NCBI GenBank assembly: GCA_026023565.1
Contig: JAPETS010000011.1
Coordinates: 372,001 to 436,000, forward strand
Direction of reading: 5' to 3'
DNA length: 64,000 nucleotides
Source of the DNA: Cirrosporium novae-zelandiae
Lineage: Eukaryota
Shown piece by piece: positions 1 through 12,866 of this stretch. Under the pieces are notes generated by a model. The model had not been told where the DNA came from. It ran no database searches and saw only the letters and a list, made by a program, of their open reading frames with translations. The position numbers were made by a program, and so were the translations under genes. Position 1 is the stretch's first letter. Every line of letters starts with the position of its first letter.

Positions 1-2783
1 TGCTTCGAGGTGGAATCTCCCATCAGGTAGATCGTGCTCTCAATATGCGCGAGTCTACCTATGGAGAATCGTCACGTCTCTACGATGTTGTTGATCGACA
101 TTACAATCGTCTTACGAGTATCCTTGGGAAGCTGAAAGCGCTTCCTCGGCCCCCTTCTCGCGACCCTACTCCAATACCTCAAACTACGTCCCCAGAAATT
201 AAGCGCTCGAGAAGTGGTCGAAAGCTTGAGAAGGCTGGAAGCCCGACACCCAGGATAACACTTCGTCTTGATAGTGCAAAAGCCGCTCTTGCTAGGGAAC
301 AGCATAAACACCAACATAGGAGTCGCAAAGTCATGGTACCTGGAGAGGTTTTGCCGCCCCCGAATTTTGGTTCGCGTTCTCCAAGTCCAGCGACAGATTG
401 GGAATCAGAACCCGAGACTTCAAAATTACCAACCACCAATGGAACAATCTCACGCAAGCGCGACGCTCCAAAGGAACCCACCGGCGATAAACCACCGAAA
501 ATCCCCAAGCTTAAACTTCATAAAGGACCTCGACCACCACGTGCACCTGGTATGGGAACAAACGTACATAGTGCTGTAGCAGGCATATCTACGAGCAATG
601 CTATAGCCCTACTCAAAGAACCGCCCCCGGACGCGAAAATCGGAAGCGAACATGCCCCTTGGATGCGACTGACGGAATGGGAAATGGCGACTTTGCGCAA
701 ACGTATGAAAAAGAATGCCGTCTGGCAACCAAGCGAGACTATGATTAGAAGAGAGCTCGCTGACCGTGGACGAGGACCAGAGAACTATCGTACCGCGAAA
801 ACCAAAGCCGAAACTGCTGGAGAAGAATTCCTTGACTGTGACAAACTTCATCAAAAGGAACATGGTAAGGCACCCTTACGAAACGGAGAGATAAGCTCCA
901 AATCTTTGGCAGCCCAGGATACCCCTACCCCGACATTGAGTAATCGTGGTATGCGATTGAATAAAGCCAAAAAATTAAAACGGGAGGCGGCTCAAAAAGC
1001 AGAAGAAGCAGCCAATGCTCTAGGAGTCCTATCGCATAGTTTCAAGGATCTTTTCAGTCCTCAGACCATGGCTGCAACAAGGCGTAACACAATGGAAACC
1101 CCAGTCAAAAAGAAAGAAAGGAAGAGAAAGAGGGACGAGACTTCAGAGAAACCAGAACATACAGTCCCCAGTGCAACCTACGAAACACCTACAAGCACAG
1201 AGACCAAGAAGCCTACCAAAAAACCAAAGGTATACAAACCAGCTCCACTTGCTGTTTCAGAAACAAATACAATTGAAAATCCAAACATGAAGTCTTCAGC
1301 GACTTCTACTCCGGTAACCATTACAACAATCACAACCACAACATCTGTTCCCCTTGCTCCTGAAGCCCCTGCAGCTCCTATAGCCCCTGCGGTCCTTGAA
1401 CTTCCAACAGCATCTAGACGGACGTCTATTCAAGCTTCCCCCGAAAAATCAACACCTCCCAAGGAAAATGCTGGGAAAGAGGTCCCTCCCACTCCTAAGG
1501 AGTCACTAGATAAAGAAAAACCTCACAAGGAAATCTCTCCTCGGAAGGAACATCAGAAAGAGCCTCAAAAAGAGCCCCAAAAAGAGCCTCAAAAAGAAGA
1601 CCATAAAGAAGTTGAAGAGGAAGTCCAGGAAAAACTTCAGAATGAACTCCAAAAAGAACCCCAGGAAGTGTCTCGGAAAACATCTCGGGAATTATCCCAG
1701 GAAGAACCCCAAGAGGAATTTCAGGAGGAATCCCAGAAAGAATCTCAGGAAACTAGAGAAGTGGCTCATACGGAAGCGCCTCATACGGAAGCGCCTCATA
1801 CGGAAACACCCCACAAGGAAACGCCCCACAAGGAAGCATCTCACAAGGAAGCACACCAAAAAGAAGCACATCACAAAGAGACACATCACAAGGAAGCATC
1901 CCATAAGGTGGCGACCCATAAAGAGGCAGCCCATAATGGAACACCTCAAAAAGAACACCCTCAGAGAAAGTCAGGCCATAAACAGCCAGCTCATAAGGAA
2001 CCAGTTCATAAAGAACCCCTTGAGCCTCGTTCTACTCGCTCATCTACTGCTCCAAAGTCAAATTTACCAAGCCCACCGCCGCCTCCTGTATCCCAATCGG
2101 CCACTCGTGTCCCTTCTCGCTCTCGACCCCCTTCTCGTGTCTCAACTGGTCGTCAAATGGCCGTATCAGTAGAACCCCAAACAGTACCTGGCCGCGAGCA
2201 TGTTCGCCGTCGTGCTAGTACTGCTTCGATTCGTCATCCAACTCCTGAGTTGCCCATGACTCGGAGACGCAATCTACGGCCTGCACCAGGAACTGTAGTA
2301 AGTAATCAGGATGGTGGGGCAGCTGTCACCATTAGAAAACGTAAGATGGGGTTGAGAGGTAAAAAGGGCGCTGCCGAAGCCAAGAAAACGGCACAACAGG
2401 AAAAGAAGGAAGAAAGAGCAGCAGCAAAGAAGGAAAAAGAAGAAAAAGTGTTGGAGGAAGAACATGAGGATATTGATCCAAATGAACCACGATATTGTGT
2501 CTGTGGAGATGTGAGCTTCGGGACAATGATTCAATGTGAAAATATCGCAGAGGTAAGCTTGTTCATTGATTCTTGTTTATCTCGATGTCGTAATGTTGTC
2601 TCTATAATACCAGCCCATCCTAATATTTCGTAATAGTGCGAGAAAGAATGGTTTCACCTTGAATGCGTAGGTCTTAGTGATATACCTCCTCGCACAGCAA
2701 AATGGTACTGCCCAGATTGCCGCGTGAAGCTCAAGATTGGCAAAGAGGGGCTTGTAGGACCAACAGGAAGAAAACGTGGTTAG
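1..2783 (+). CDS. ING-family-like PHD-finger chromatin protein, 5'-truncated by the window edge; exons <1..2552, 2637..2783
   Basis: The frame of ORF 45..2633 is open back to position 3. Removing intron 2553..2636 (GTAAGC...TAATAG) completes a C4HC3 PHD finger: EPRYCVCGDVSFGTMIQCENIAE|CEKEWFHLECVGLSDIPPRTAKWYCPDC, typical of ING proteins. Stop TAG at 2781-2783. Confidence 0.85.
1520..2020 (+). repeat. In-frame coding tandem repeats (12-nt KEPQ units, then 15-nt xH(K/T)Ex units) in the PHD gene
   Basis: Peptide QKEPQKEPQKEPQKE, then AHTEAPHTEAPHTETPHKETPHKEASHKEAHQKEAHHKETHHKEASHK. DNA unit CTCATACGGAAGCGC is repeated perfectly near 1765-1805. Confidence 0.9.
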
Positions 2784-3432
2784 CATCCTTGATTGTTAGA
2801 TTCTTAATTCTAGATGATACAGACGAAGGGATGAATTGGTCAAGGAAAAGGGAATGGCGCATAGGAGCGTCATGGACTGCTATGTGAGAGCATATTTACA
2901 AAAATTAAGGAACCGACAAAAGGATAACCAAATGGGAATGGGATGGGACCTGCAAGTCATGAAGGTCGATATAATTAGGGCATGTATAGTATTATTCTAG
3001 GGCTGGTGAAAGGTCATGGCTGAGGAGCTACTAAAGCATAATCAAAGACCTTTGTATAGTATAGTACAAGTACAAGTATAAGTATAAGAGATAGCTGTTA
3101 TTTTTCCTACTTGGTTACTATTCGGTATCTATAGATATAGCCTTGACTCGTATAAGTTTGCTTTTACTCGATAACTCTATGCTAACAACATATAAAATAT
3201 CTCGGATGAGAATTTATCAAGTGAAGTGGGATCATGGCGGATACACTTCTTCCGATGAGCTTCAGACCTTTCCAAAACTCAACGACGTCAACATTCCTTG
3301 CCGGGGTCCTTGAGACTGGCCTCTGCTATTTCTCAATAACTTTAGAAAATGCTTCTTTTGAAATAATTGAACATTTATCTTACTACCAGCTTGAAATAGC
3401 TGTTTGAATCTCCACTCCATTTAATTTCCATC

Positions 3433-4956
3433 ATGTCCAAGGCGGCGCGCCCTCAGGTCCATTATGAGTTTTTAGGACCGTAAGTTGACGCTTATAACCT
3501 CTTTTCCTTGAAATTAACATTGCTCGCAGTCCAGGAGCCTTTCTCATATCATTCGGCCTACCTATTCTTTGCTATGTTTTCGCTTTCGCCTGCAATGACA
3601 TCTCCGGATGCCCTGCGCCCTCGCTACTCCATCCATCAACATTGACGTTGCAGAAATTGAAACAAGAGACGGGATGGCCTGAGAATGGACTCCTAGGACT
3701 TGGGAGCTTGAAAACGACAGGCTGGGTTTTGGCGTATTACTTCCTTAGCTTGGTGCTTCAAGCAGTACTCCCAGGCCATGAGGTCGAAGGCGTTGAGTTG
3801 CGATCTGGAGGACGACTAAAATATAAGTTCAATGGTTGGTCTATCCATAATATATATGCCATCTTCGCGAGATCCTCAATACAGATCTAACCCCGCTCTA
3901 GCATTCAATTCGGCAGCGGTGATTCTTGTCCTTGCTGCTTCTGGTACAGTTTACCAAGGCACTCCATTCCCTCTCTGGACCTACATTTGGGACCACTACA
4001 CGGAAATCCTTACGGCCAACATCCTCATTTCTTTCTTCCTGGCCACCTTCGTTTACGTCCGCAGCTTCTCCGTCCGCATGCCTAATAAATCCAACCGTGA
4101 GCTCGCCGCCGGCGGTGTGACTGGCTCCCTCATCTACGACTGGTTCATCGGACGCGAACTCAATCCACGCGTAACACTCCCCCTCTTTGGCACCATTGAC
4201 ATCAAATCCTTCATGGAGCTGCGGCCAGGCCTTCTTGGCTGGGTGATCCTGGATCTCACCTTCGTAGTCCACCAGTACTCCACGCATGGCTACATTTCCG
4301 ACAGCATCCTCCTTGTAACAGCCTTCCAAAGCTGGTACGTCCTCGATGCGCTCTGGATGGAACCCGCCATCCTCACCACCATGGACATTGTCACCGACGG
4401 CTTCGGATTGATGCTCGCGTTTGGCGATGTCGTCTGGGTTCCCTTCATCTACTCCCTACAGGCGCGATATCTCTCCATGTTCCCCGTACACCTCGGCGCA
4501 ACAGGCATTTCCATCGTTCTCGGCGTACAAGCACTGGGCTACTATATATTCCGCTCAGCTAACAACGAGAAGAACCGATTTCGCACCGATCCTTCCGATC
4601 CCAAGATCCGCCACCTCAAATACATGCAGACGAAAGCCGGCTCCAAACTTCTCGTTAGTGGCTGGTGGGGAACCGCCCGTCACATTAACTATCTGGGTGA
4701 CTGGATCATGGCTTGGAGCTACTCGCTCCCCACGAGCATCGCGGGCTACAGGGTCCTGAAGGACACTGGGGTGGTGACGCAGGAGGATATGAGGGGTTGG
4801 GGCATGCTGGTTACGTACTTTTATGTAGTGTACTTTGGGACGTTGTTGGTACATCGGGAGCAGAGGGATGAGGAGAAGTGTGCTAAGAAGTATGGAAGTG
4901 ATTGGGAGGAGTATAAGAGGAGAGTGAGGTGGAGGGTTTTGCCGGGGGTGTATTAA
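3433..4956 (+). CDS. ERG24: Delta(14)-sterol reductase (ERG4/ERG24 family); exons 3433..3479, 3530..3834, 3902..4956
   Basis: N-terminal YEFLGPPGA after splicing; motifs IYDWFIGRELNPR, DIKSFMELRPGLLGW, LTTMDIVTDGFGLMLAFGD, LLVSGWWGTARHINYLGD, RDEEKCAKKYG. Both introns are GT-AG and restore the frame. Confidence 0.93.
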
Positions 4957-5023
4957 GGGGTGTAAGTATATATGATATATGAGGATCGATATATAAGAAG
5001 GTGGGTAAATAGATGAAACGGTC

Positions 5024-5051
5024 ATGTGTATGTGTATGTGTATGTGTATGT
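5024..5051. repeat. (TGTATG)n microsatellite
   Basis: ATGTGTATGTGTATGTGTATGTGTATGT just downstream of the ERG24 stop. Confidence 0.8.
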
Positions 5052-8000
5052 GATGAGATGGGAAAGGATGAAAAGTTGGTTTTGGGGGCGGGGGGTACTA
5101 GAAGAACAAAAACAGGGTGAAAATAGAAAGTAGGAATATATCCCCTGATATACTTCATCCATCGACCCGCACCCATTACCACCACCACCACCAATCAATC
5201 AATCATACATACACACACGAACTAATCCTTTAATTAACTCCCTAGCCTTCTTAAAAATAAATAAATAACTATTTTCATACCACAAGGTACTAGGAGGTTA
5301 TATAAAAGAAAAAGAAGAAGAAAGGGGAGCGCTCTTCAAGTATCGATAATATATATACAGTACATAAACGATACGTTGTGCACCATATGGACTTTTGTTA
5401 TATATAGATAGAAAGCCATACTAGATAGATCCACTCTACCACCACCTAGCTGCCTAACTATCTGGCTATAGATCAGGTACTTTCTTGCTTTTGCTTGCTT
5501 GCTTGTTTGCTTGGCCTAGGTAGTCGTGGTAGTTTTACTCATCCATACAAGAAAAGAGAAGTGATTAACAAAAAGACAAACAAACAAATATCTATTCCTA
5601 TACCATCCCATACCATCCATTATATCAAACAAACTCACCTACGGTATCACTAAAGATATAGCTACAACCAAACCAAACTAACCCCCCCAAAAAAAAAAAG
5701 TTTTAAAATCTAATCATAAGAAAATGATTAATTACCTAGTAACTTATGTATTTCAAATAAAAAGAATTTGTGTTTTTTTTTTTTTTCCTTTCGTTTTTTT
5801 TTTCTCTGGAGAATAATTAAAATACAGTACCCCTTTGTTTGAAGCCTGAGGGTTGTTTGTAATTAATTATAATTAGGTCTAATAGATAGAGTAGAGGGGA
5901 GTAGAGTAGAGGGGAGAGAAAAGTGCCTGCTCACTCACTTGCTTCCTTACCACCACACCTCTTCTTTTTCTTCCACTTCTTCTTCCTCCCCTTCCCTCTC
6001 TTCCTTCCTTTTTTTTGTGTCCATCCCTGTAAATGTCATGCAATGTCGTGTCAATTTCGCGTCCCCCCCCCCCCCTCTTCATGTATGTGCCCTCCCTCCT
6101 TCCTTCTTTCTTTCTATTCCCTCTTTTTTTTTTTTTCCCCCTTCTTTCTTCAAACCCATAGACTACCTCTGTCCCTGTCCAACATTTTCGTGTCAATTTC
6201 GCGTTTCCCTCATTTCCCCCCCTTTATTCTCTATCTCTCCCCCCACTATCCCCCCCCCCCTTCCTTTCCTTTTCCCTCTTCTTCCCTCTTTTCCTTTATT
6301 TTCCCGCTATAATTATTATGTCTTGTTAATTAATTAAGGGAGAAGGGAATTAGGGAATTAGGGAAGGAGGGGGGGGGGATCTTTCATGTACCTCATGTAA
6401 GCTGTAAGCTTGCGTATATAGATACGTAGGTAGGTTACGTAGATACATAATAAGATACTTAGGTACATATATATATGCAAGTATGACTCTTACACACTCT
6501 TACTTTCTCTCACACTTACTCTCATTCTTACTTTTCTCTTACTCTCTTACTCTCTCCCCCCCACCTCCCCCACCTATACATCCACCCAATTCCTGTGTTT
6601 CGGAAATGCGTCTGATGTGGATGCTTGTGTCTGAGAAAAAAAAAGAATATTATGGGAGCTGTAGGAGAATGGGGGAGGTGGGGGGCAGGAGGGAGACTGG
6701 ATGTTGGGGATTGGGGACATACAACTACAACGCATATTACCTACCTATACCTCTACATGTAACTCTACATAGACTATACCCTTCACTCATACTTTATACC
6801 GGTCTCGTGTCTTGTAGTGTCTTGTCTTATCTCGTCTCATGTCAATATTTTATATTTTCTTTTTCTTTTTCTTTTTCTTTTTTTCGTTTCATGTGTTTCA
6901 TGTGTATGTAATGCATGTATGCAATATGCATACAATATATCTATCTACATGTACTACACAATACACGACCCCCCTCAAACACGGCCCCCCATCATCCGCC
7001 ATCCCTATAGAATAATCCTCATTGTACGTTATTGTTTGTCATCGAAAATAAATAAATTATCATGGAACTTTTTTTTTTATTTTTTTTCTATTATTTTATG
7101 TTTGGTATAGGCATGTATTTATGGTGGGGGGAAGTTGGCTGGCTAGTTGGCTGGCTGGACTCTGATAGAGTTTGATAGATGGAGGGGATGTGATTGTGAA
7201 AATGTGAATGTGGCTACGTATACGTATACATATACATAAGGGTGATTCCCCTTTGATATACATGCAACATGTATAAAACAATGTATAAAATAACACTGCG
7301 TATATAATAGAGTACGTTGTATATATATATATGTGCTTATGCGCGATCGGAACTAATCCTCCTGTTATTTTTGCTATGTATATATGAACGGGCATGTATG
7401 TGGGTACTGGGGGGTAAGTGGTTAAGTGGTTAAGTTTTTTGTTTTGTTTTGTTGTAAAAAATGTATAAATGTATTGGTTCGGGGGGAGGCGGGCTATATC
7501 TAAAGGGTGGTTTTTTTATTATTATTAAATGGAGTTTTAGATCATTGAGTTATTCGGCTGTTAGTGTTAGTCTAAGGTTCTTCATCAAGGGCTAGCTTTT
7601 CACCCTGTGCTGTGATGAGGAAGGGGGATGAGCGGGAGAGGAAGGGGGGGCTTACTTCCTTATTCGATATTAAGGATATGATATGGATATATAGATAAAT
7701 GGATAGATGCTTATGTTTTGAGATTGGTGGAATGTACCTAGGTATATAATAATAATTAATTATTAGGGGACGAAGCATTCAGGGAAAATGGGTGCTTGTT
7801 TTCGGGTTTGGGAGGAGTATGTTATCATATATGCTATGCATCTACACTAGGTTGGTTCTCGAATACGGATAACGGGCTTTTGTGAGGGAACATGGGTTTT
7901 CATCATCTCTTGGGACGATGATGTGATTTTTTCTATTAGGTTGAAAGCTTAAGTGGATGAGATGAGATGGGATGGGATGGGATGGGTGGGATAGAAAAAG

Positions 8001-11000
8001 TCATGGATGGATGGGAGAAGGGTTCGTATGGTATATCTCGAAGGTCTGTGGAATCAAGGGTAGGGAGACGGTTGATTCTAGAATTGTTACTGGGTATGTA
8101 TTACTATGGACGAGATGAATGGGTGAGATTTGGTATGTGATATGGATTGCTTGTTTGTTGTTAAGAAATGTTTGCTGAGCGAGTTCCCTTGCCGACGGAC
8201 CTTGGGGATGTTTGATAAACTGATTCATTGGCAATGCGTTGAATAATCTTCGAGTAGGATTGCAAGTCATCTGTAGAGTACTTTCGAGGTCGAATAACAA
8301 ACTTAGATCCAGAGACCGGACGATTTCGAAGATGTTTTCGAAGAAGGAAAAAAAAAGAGAAGAAAAAGAAAACAGGATTTGCTGTTTCTAAAAGTCTCGG
8401 GAAATATACTGCTTAAAAGCTACTTTAGTTACTTTAATGACGATATTAGAATAAGATGCTTCGTAGGATTGTAAAAGCTCAGGAGAGATCGCTGACGAAG
8501 AAAGGAATTTGCTGGAAATAGTGTACTTCAAGTAATAAATGTAGGTGTGGGATGACAGTACATGCTGGCTTGGTGAAAACTAGATTGTTTCATGTCATTT
8601 CTGATCCGGGAGAGGTACTTAACACCATCGACAATCTCCCTAATGCACTCATCCGACATTTGAGGTTGTTGCAAAGAATTATTGTCTGGGAACCTGCAGA
8701 GGAATATCCATCATTTATTGTGTGGCTTTGACATTGACGTGTGGTTTTGCGGCATCATATGTATTTATCTGATAGGTAGATTGCTTAGGTTGGTGTTTCC
8801 ACGAGGTTGGAGTAATGGGTTCCATCAAAAAGGTCGTGACATATGCAAATGGAAGCCATCGTACAGAGTAAAAATTTGCCTCGGTAGACCAAGTGATACG
8901 GAATCGGAACACGTACGGGTACAGCATCGATTTCACGAGTAGCAAACGTGCTACTTACAAAGGTTTGATAACACCATGATATCCATCCGGTTGTAACTTT
9001 GTACAGGATGAAAGGAAATGGTATTCGGTAGCTGTCAAAGTTCGCCTTGCTGAGGGCACACAAAGGGAAGTGATACCAAACGGCTATTCGCGGCATTGAC
9101 AATTCTGACAGCGGGAATATTGAACAAGTCCATCCGTCTGTTGGAGTCCGAAGGAAGAAAAGTAAGGTGGTAGAGTCTGGGTTGGTCACGAGCCACGAGG
9201 CGACTGATTTCTAGAAAATGACTACCTGGGTTTGGTATAGGTTAACACAGTTTAGTCAATGACTCAGTGTGGCAGAATATCCCTGCTGAGCTGAACTTGA
9301 TGCACGTTGAAGATCATCAAGTCTCAAGTGGTCTGTCTGCAAGGCGGAACGGGTGTTGTAGTTATTTTCCTTGGGAAGATGAAACGTGGAGAGCTTATGC
9401 TAAGCTTTGGGGGAACAAAATGAAGCCGAGGAGGCGGTGGTGTAGCGCTAAGGCTGGGCGGAGCTTTTAGGGAACAGAGGGAATATGATAACTTGGTTAG
9501 GCTTTTAGATTTTTTTTTTATCAAGGTTATCGATAGGAATAAGATGTTGATAGCTCGCCGCCTCCGAGAAATGTACCCTAGGTAGATTAGGTGGGCACAG
9601 GTGGGATAGGATATGCCCTGTTTTAGATGATCTGTACAAGGACCCAGTTGCTTTTCTTAGAAAATATCTCAAGAATCAAACTTGACGGTTCAACACGGTT
9701 CAACATGGTTCAAGAGCTAGCTAGGACTAGAAAGAAAGGGAAAAGACCGAGGTTGTGGATAATTATCTAAAGTAACTTCAACAAGGTCAAGGTCAAGGTG
9801 TTGTCGATGAAGCTGAATGAAAGTTGGTACATTTGCCTCATGTATTATTATTGTTGTTGTTTTTTTGGTTTTTTTGGTTTGGTGTTTCGTTGGCAATGAT
9901 GTGTTATTGTGGATGTGTGGTTGGTGTGTGGTTAGTGTGTGGTTGATGTGGTTGATGCGGTTGATGCATAGAAGCATGTTTGGAAGAAGAGGCAAATGGG
10001 TGGAGGGTGGAGGTGAAAGGTGAGGCAGTGCAAAAAAAAAGAAAGATGATGATATTCTTTCTTTGCGCTTCTCGGTTGAATTACTCAGTACATTTTCGGG
10101 GGGTATGCAAAGAAAGTTGACCAATGTGCTAAGGCGAAAGCCGAATTTTTCCAGCTGATGTGCCACAACATGACGTTTGGCTCGTTTTTCTCCTTCTTCA
10201 CAGCCTCATTCAGGTCTCCATCAAATAATTATTCCAAATGTTGATAGTCATAACAGTAACAACTGTAGCAACAGTAACCACAGGACATGGTAAGAATAGG
10301 GAAAATACCCCTTTCTGATTCATGGTTAAAGTGGGACTGGAATTACAGTAACACTACCACAGTAACTTGAACTGACGAACATTGATGGATGGGACCTGCA
10401 GAAAGCCAGGAATCCCCCAGAAAAAACATATAATGTAATGCAGATGGTCTATGCAGATACGCAAATATGCAGATATGCAGATATGCAGCTGCTTAAGGAT
10501 CTGCTGGGCGCGTACTGCCACAATCCATCTTTCTCTCTTGTAACAGAATATTCAGCGTCTATGGAATAAAATCTAGAATAACTGTCCTCACATGATGGGA
10601 CTGAAACATCCGTACCACCTTGACTCAACTTTTTGGTGGTGTAGATGGTGAAGATGATGAAATGCCCAATCATTGATCGTAGCAGGGATCTTGTCCCCAA
10701 TCCCACCGCTAAATTACGGCCGGTCTTCGGTCTCAATAGCGAATCTCTGGCCTGAAAGCCTCCAAGACTTACCTTTACCACGACATACCACGACACCATC
10801 AGCTGCATTTGATCCATACCATTCAGACACCGAAAACCTTTGGTCAAAAAAATAAAAAAAATAAAATCAAAAATCCAAAAATCCCTAAAAAATTCTAAAT
10901 GACTGGATCTCCTTCTCTTGACTTTTTCCTAAATCTCCATAGTCTCTTTTCTTCTTTGAGAAAAGCTTGCCCTCCCTTATGCTTGATCCGAAAGTTTACT

Positions 11001-12866
11001 GAAAATCTCGACAATAGTATTGGATCTGTCCTTCTCACCACACCCACTCACTAATGAAGTCGCTTTATCATATCATTCGAAAATCGTTCGTTCGATGACT
11101 CCTCTCAGATCGGATTGAGAAATGTTTCAGGTTCATCTGCTGTAGCCTGTAGGCCACTGGATGGGTCTGACTATTATCAACCTCGGAGGGATCTGTCGCA
11201 GTCTCCATTTTAACGGCTGGTTCGTTCAGATAGGAGAAACGGCCCTGGCGCAGGGGATTCCAGGTCTGTCACCCAAAGTTGGATGCCATATCCTATCAGG
11301 ACCGGCTAGCTACTCCAATAAACACCATTCACGGAATGCAATGTGATGCCATGCGATGGAAGAAATCCAACTTGACGAACTTGGATATTCCATCCATCTT
11401 TTCTGTATCTTACTGTTGCCGCCCCTGTCGTCCCACTTGTTAGGCTTCCGGGACGGCGATGATGCGGGTGATATTTTACTCGAGTAGGTATGATGTATCA
11501 AAAAAAATTAGAGGGCTGTAACCAGTATTACAAGGCACGACTTTTGAAATATGTCGAAATGATGAATGATGCATTACACTAGGCGTTATTTTTTATTTTT
11601 ATTTTTTTTGACAGTCATCGAGTCATGGGCGATCACCAGACCGGATGCCCCGATGATTTCAACTAACCTTAGGGGATTCAATCCAAGCATTGCAGCATTA
11701 ATACTCGAGTGTTAATACCCGGAAACATCAGGATATTTGCTGGTTACGGCGGTAACTAACTGGATAGCATTGCCACAATTACCTCTTTTGGTATTGGTGA
11801 ATGAGAAAATGGAGCCACAACCATGAAATCTTTCTCTCACAGCTGGTTTGTTCTCAAGCGAGGCGACATAGTAAATTTCGCAATCTCGAGAGTTCACGAA
11901 CCACAGAATTGCCCTTGAGTTCCCACTTTCAGGTGGACAGTGCTCGAGATACGGCAAAAAAAACATTTGTGTGGATGGAGATACCTTTAGCTGTGATTTT
12001 TTTGTTTTTGCCTTTGGTTGATATTTGCAGGGGGGATGGGCTCGGATGGCATCCAAAGTCATTTTTTAGCTGCATGCACGATGGCCTCCGGATGTAAAAA
12101 GTTGCGCATTGGTCTCGTCGGTGTTTAGCGTTACTTCGGCTTCCATACCCCCCGAAAATAGGCCCCAACCCAGAGGCCCCCTAGGCCCCATTACGCCCCA
12201 AACTTCCCAAGCCTCGCCCTGCAGCTTTGCGCGTCCCGGCAAAAGACCAAGGTGTGAGAGTGTGCTTCTGCAGGCGGAAACAATGCCTCCCCCATCGCTC
12301 TATCGCTCATCGCTCATCGCTCACTCATCCCATCGCATTTCCAATTCCATCCCATCCGTCGAAAGAGTAAAGTAAAGTAAGTACCTTTTGCTAACTACCC
12401 AGGTAACTAACTGAACTACTGACTAGCAGGCCCTGCGCCTGTAATCATCGCTCATCGCATCGCATCGCATCGCACAAACCACCTTTACCCCCCCTCCCCC
12501 TGCAACCCCCCTCCCCCATCTCCATCTTTCCAGCCAAGACGACCCAGAACAAAAACCAAACTTGCCTTACGACTAGTCTTCCAGGGCTCAGGTAAGATGG
12601 ATATATTCCCTCATCCACCCCACATCCTGTCTCCCTTTCCTTTTTAGTCCATCGCCTTGACATCCCTTCTCCTCTCGCTGTCCGTCCTACATCTCTTTTT
12701 TCCACTCAGGCATAACTACACCTAATGCCCTACCGTCGGGCCCGCCTGATATAATCCAACTATTTCCTACGTCACTGTCATCTCAGTTCAATATATTTCC
12801 CTTCGAATACACACCCAGCCACGAATAAATTGAATCATATCATTTCCACTCTTTGGATTTTTAGTA

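Noticed and set aside
1612..2172. 186-aa Lys/Arg-rich alternative-frame ORF and antisense ORFs over the PHD gene
   Set aside because: By-products of the in-frame tandem repeat, whose units lack stops in other frames; no independent coding evidence.
5879..7395. Several 100-140 aa ORFs rich in F/S/P/L or K/R/G/E
   Set aside because: Translations of polypyrimidine/polypurine and homopolymer tracts; no protein-like motifs.
8682..9189. Overlapping ORFs in a locally balanced-GC stretch
   Set aside because: No recognisable domain or splice structure; cannot be supported as a gene or transposon without a search.
9686..9712. GGTTCAA repeats resembling a tRNA T-loop
   Set aside because: Three tandem ~10-bp copies with no cloverleaf or A-box; a simple repeat.
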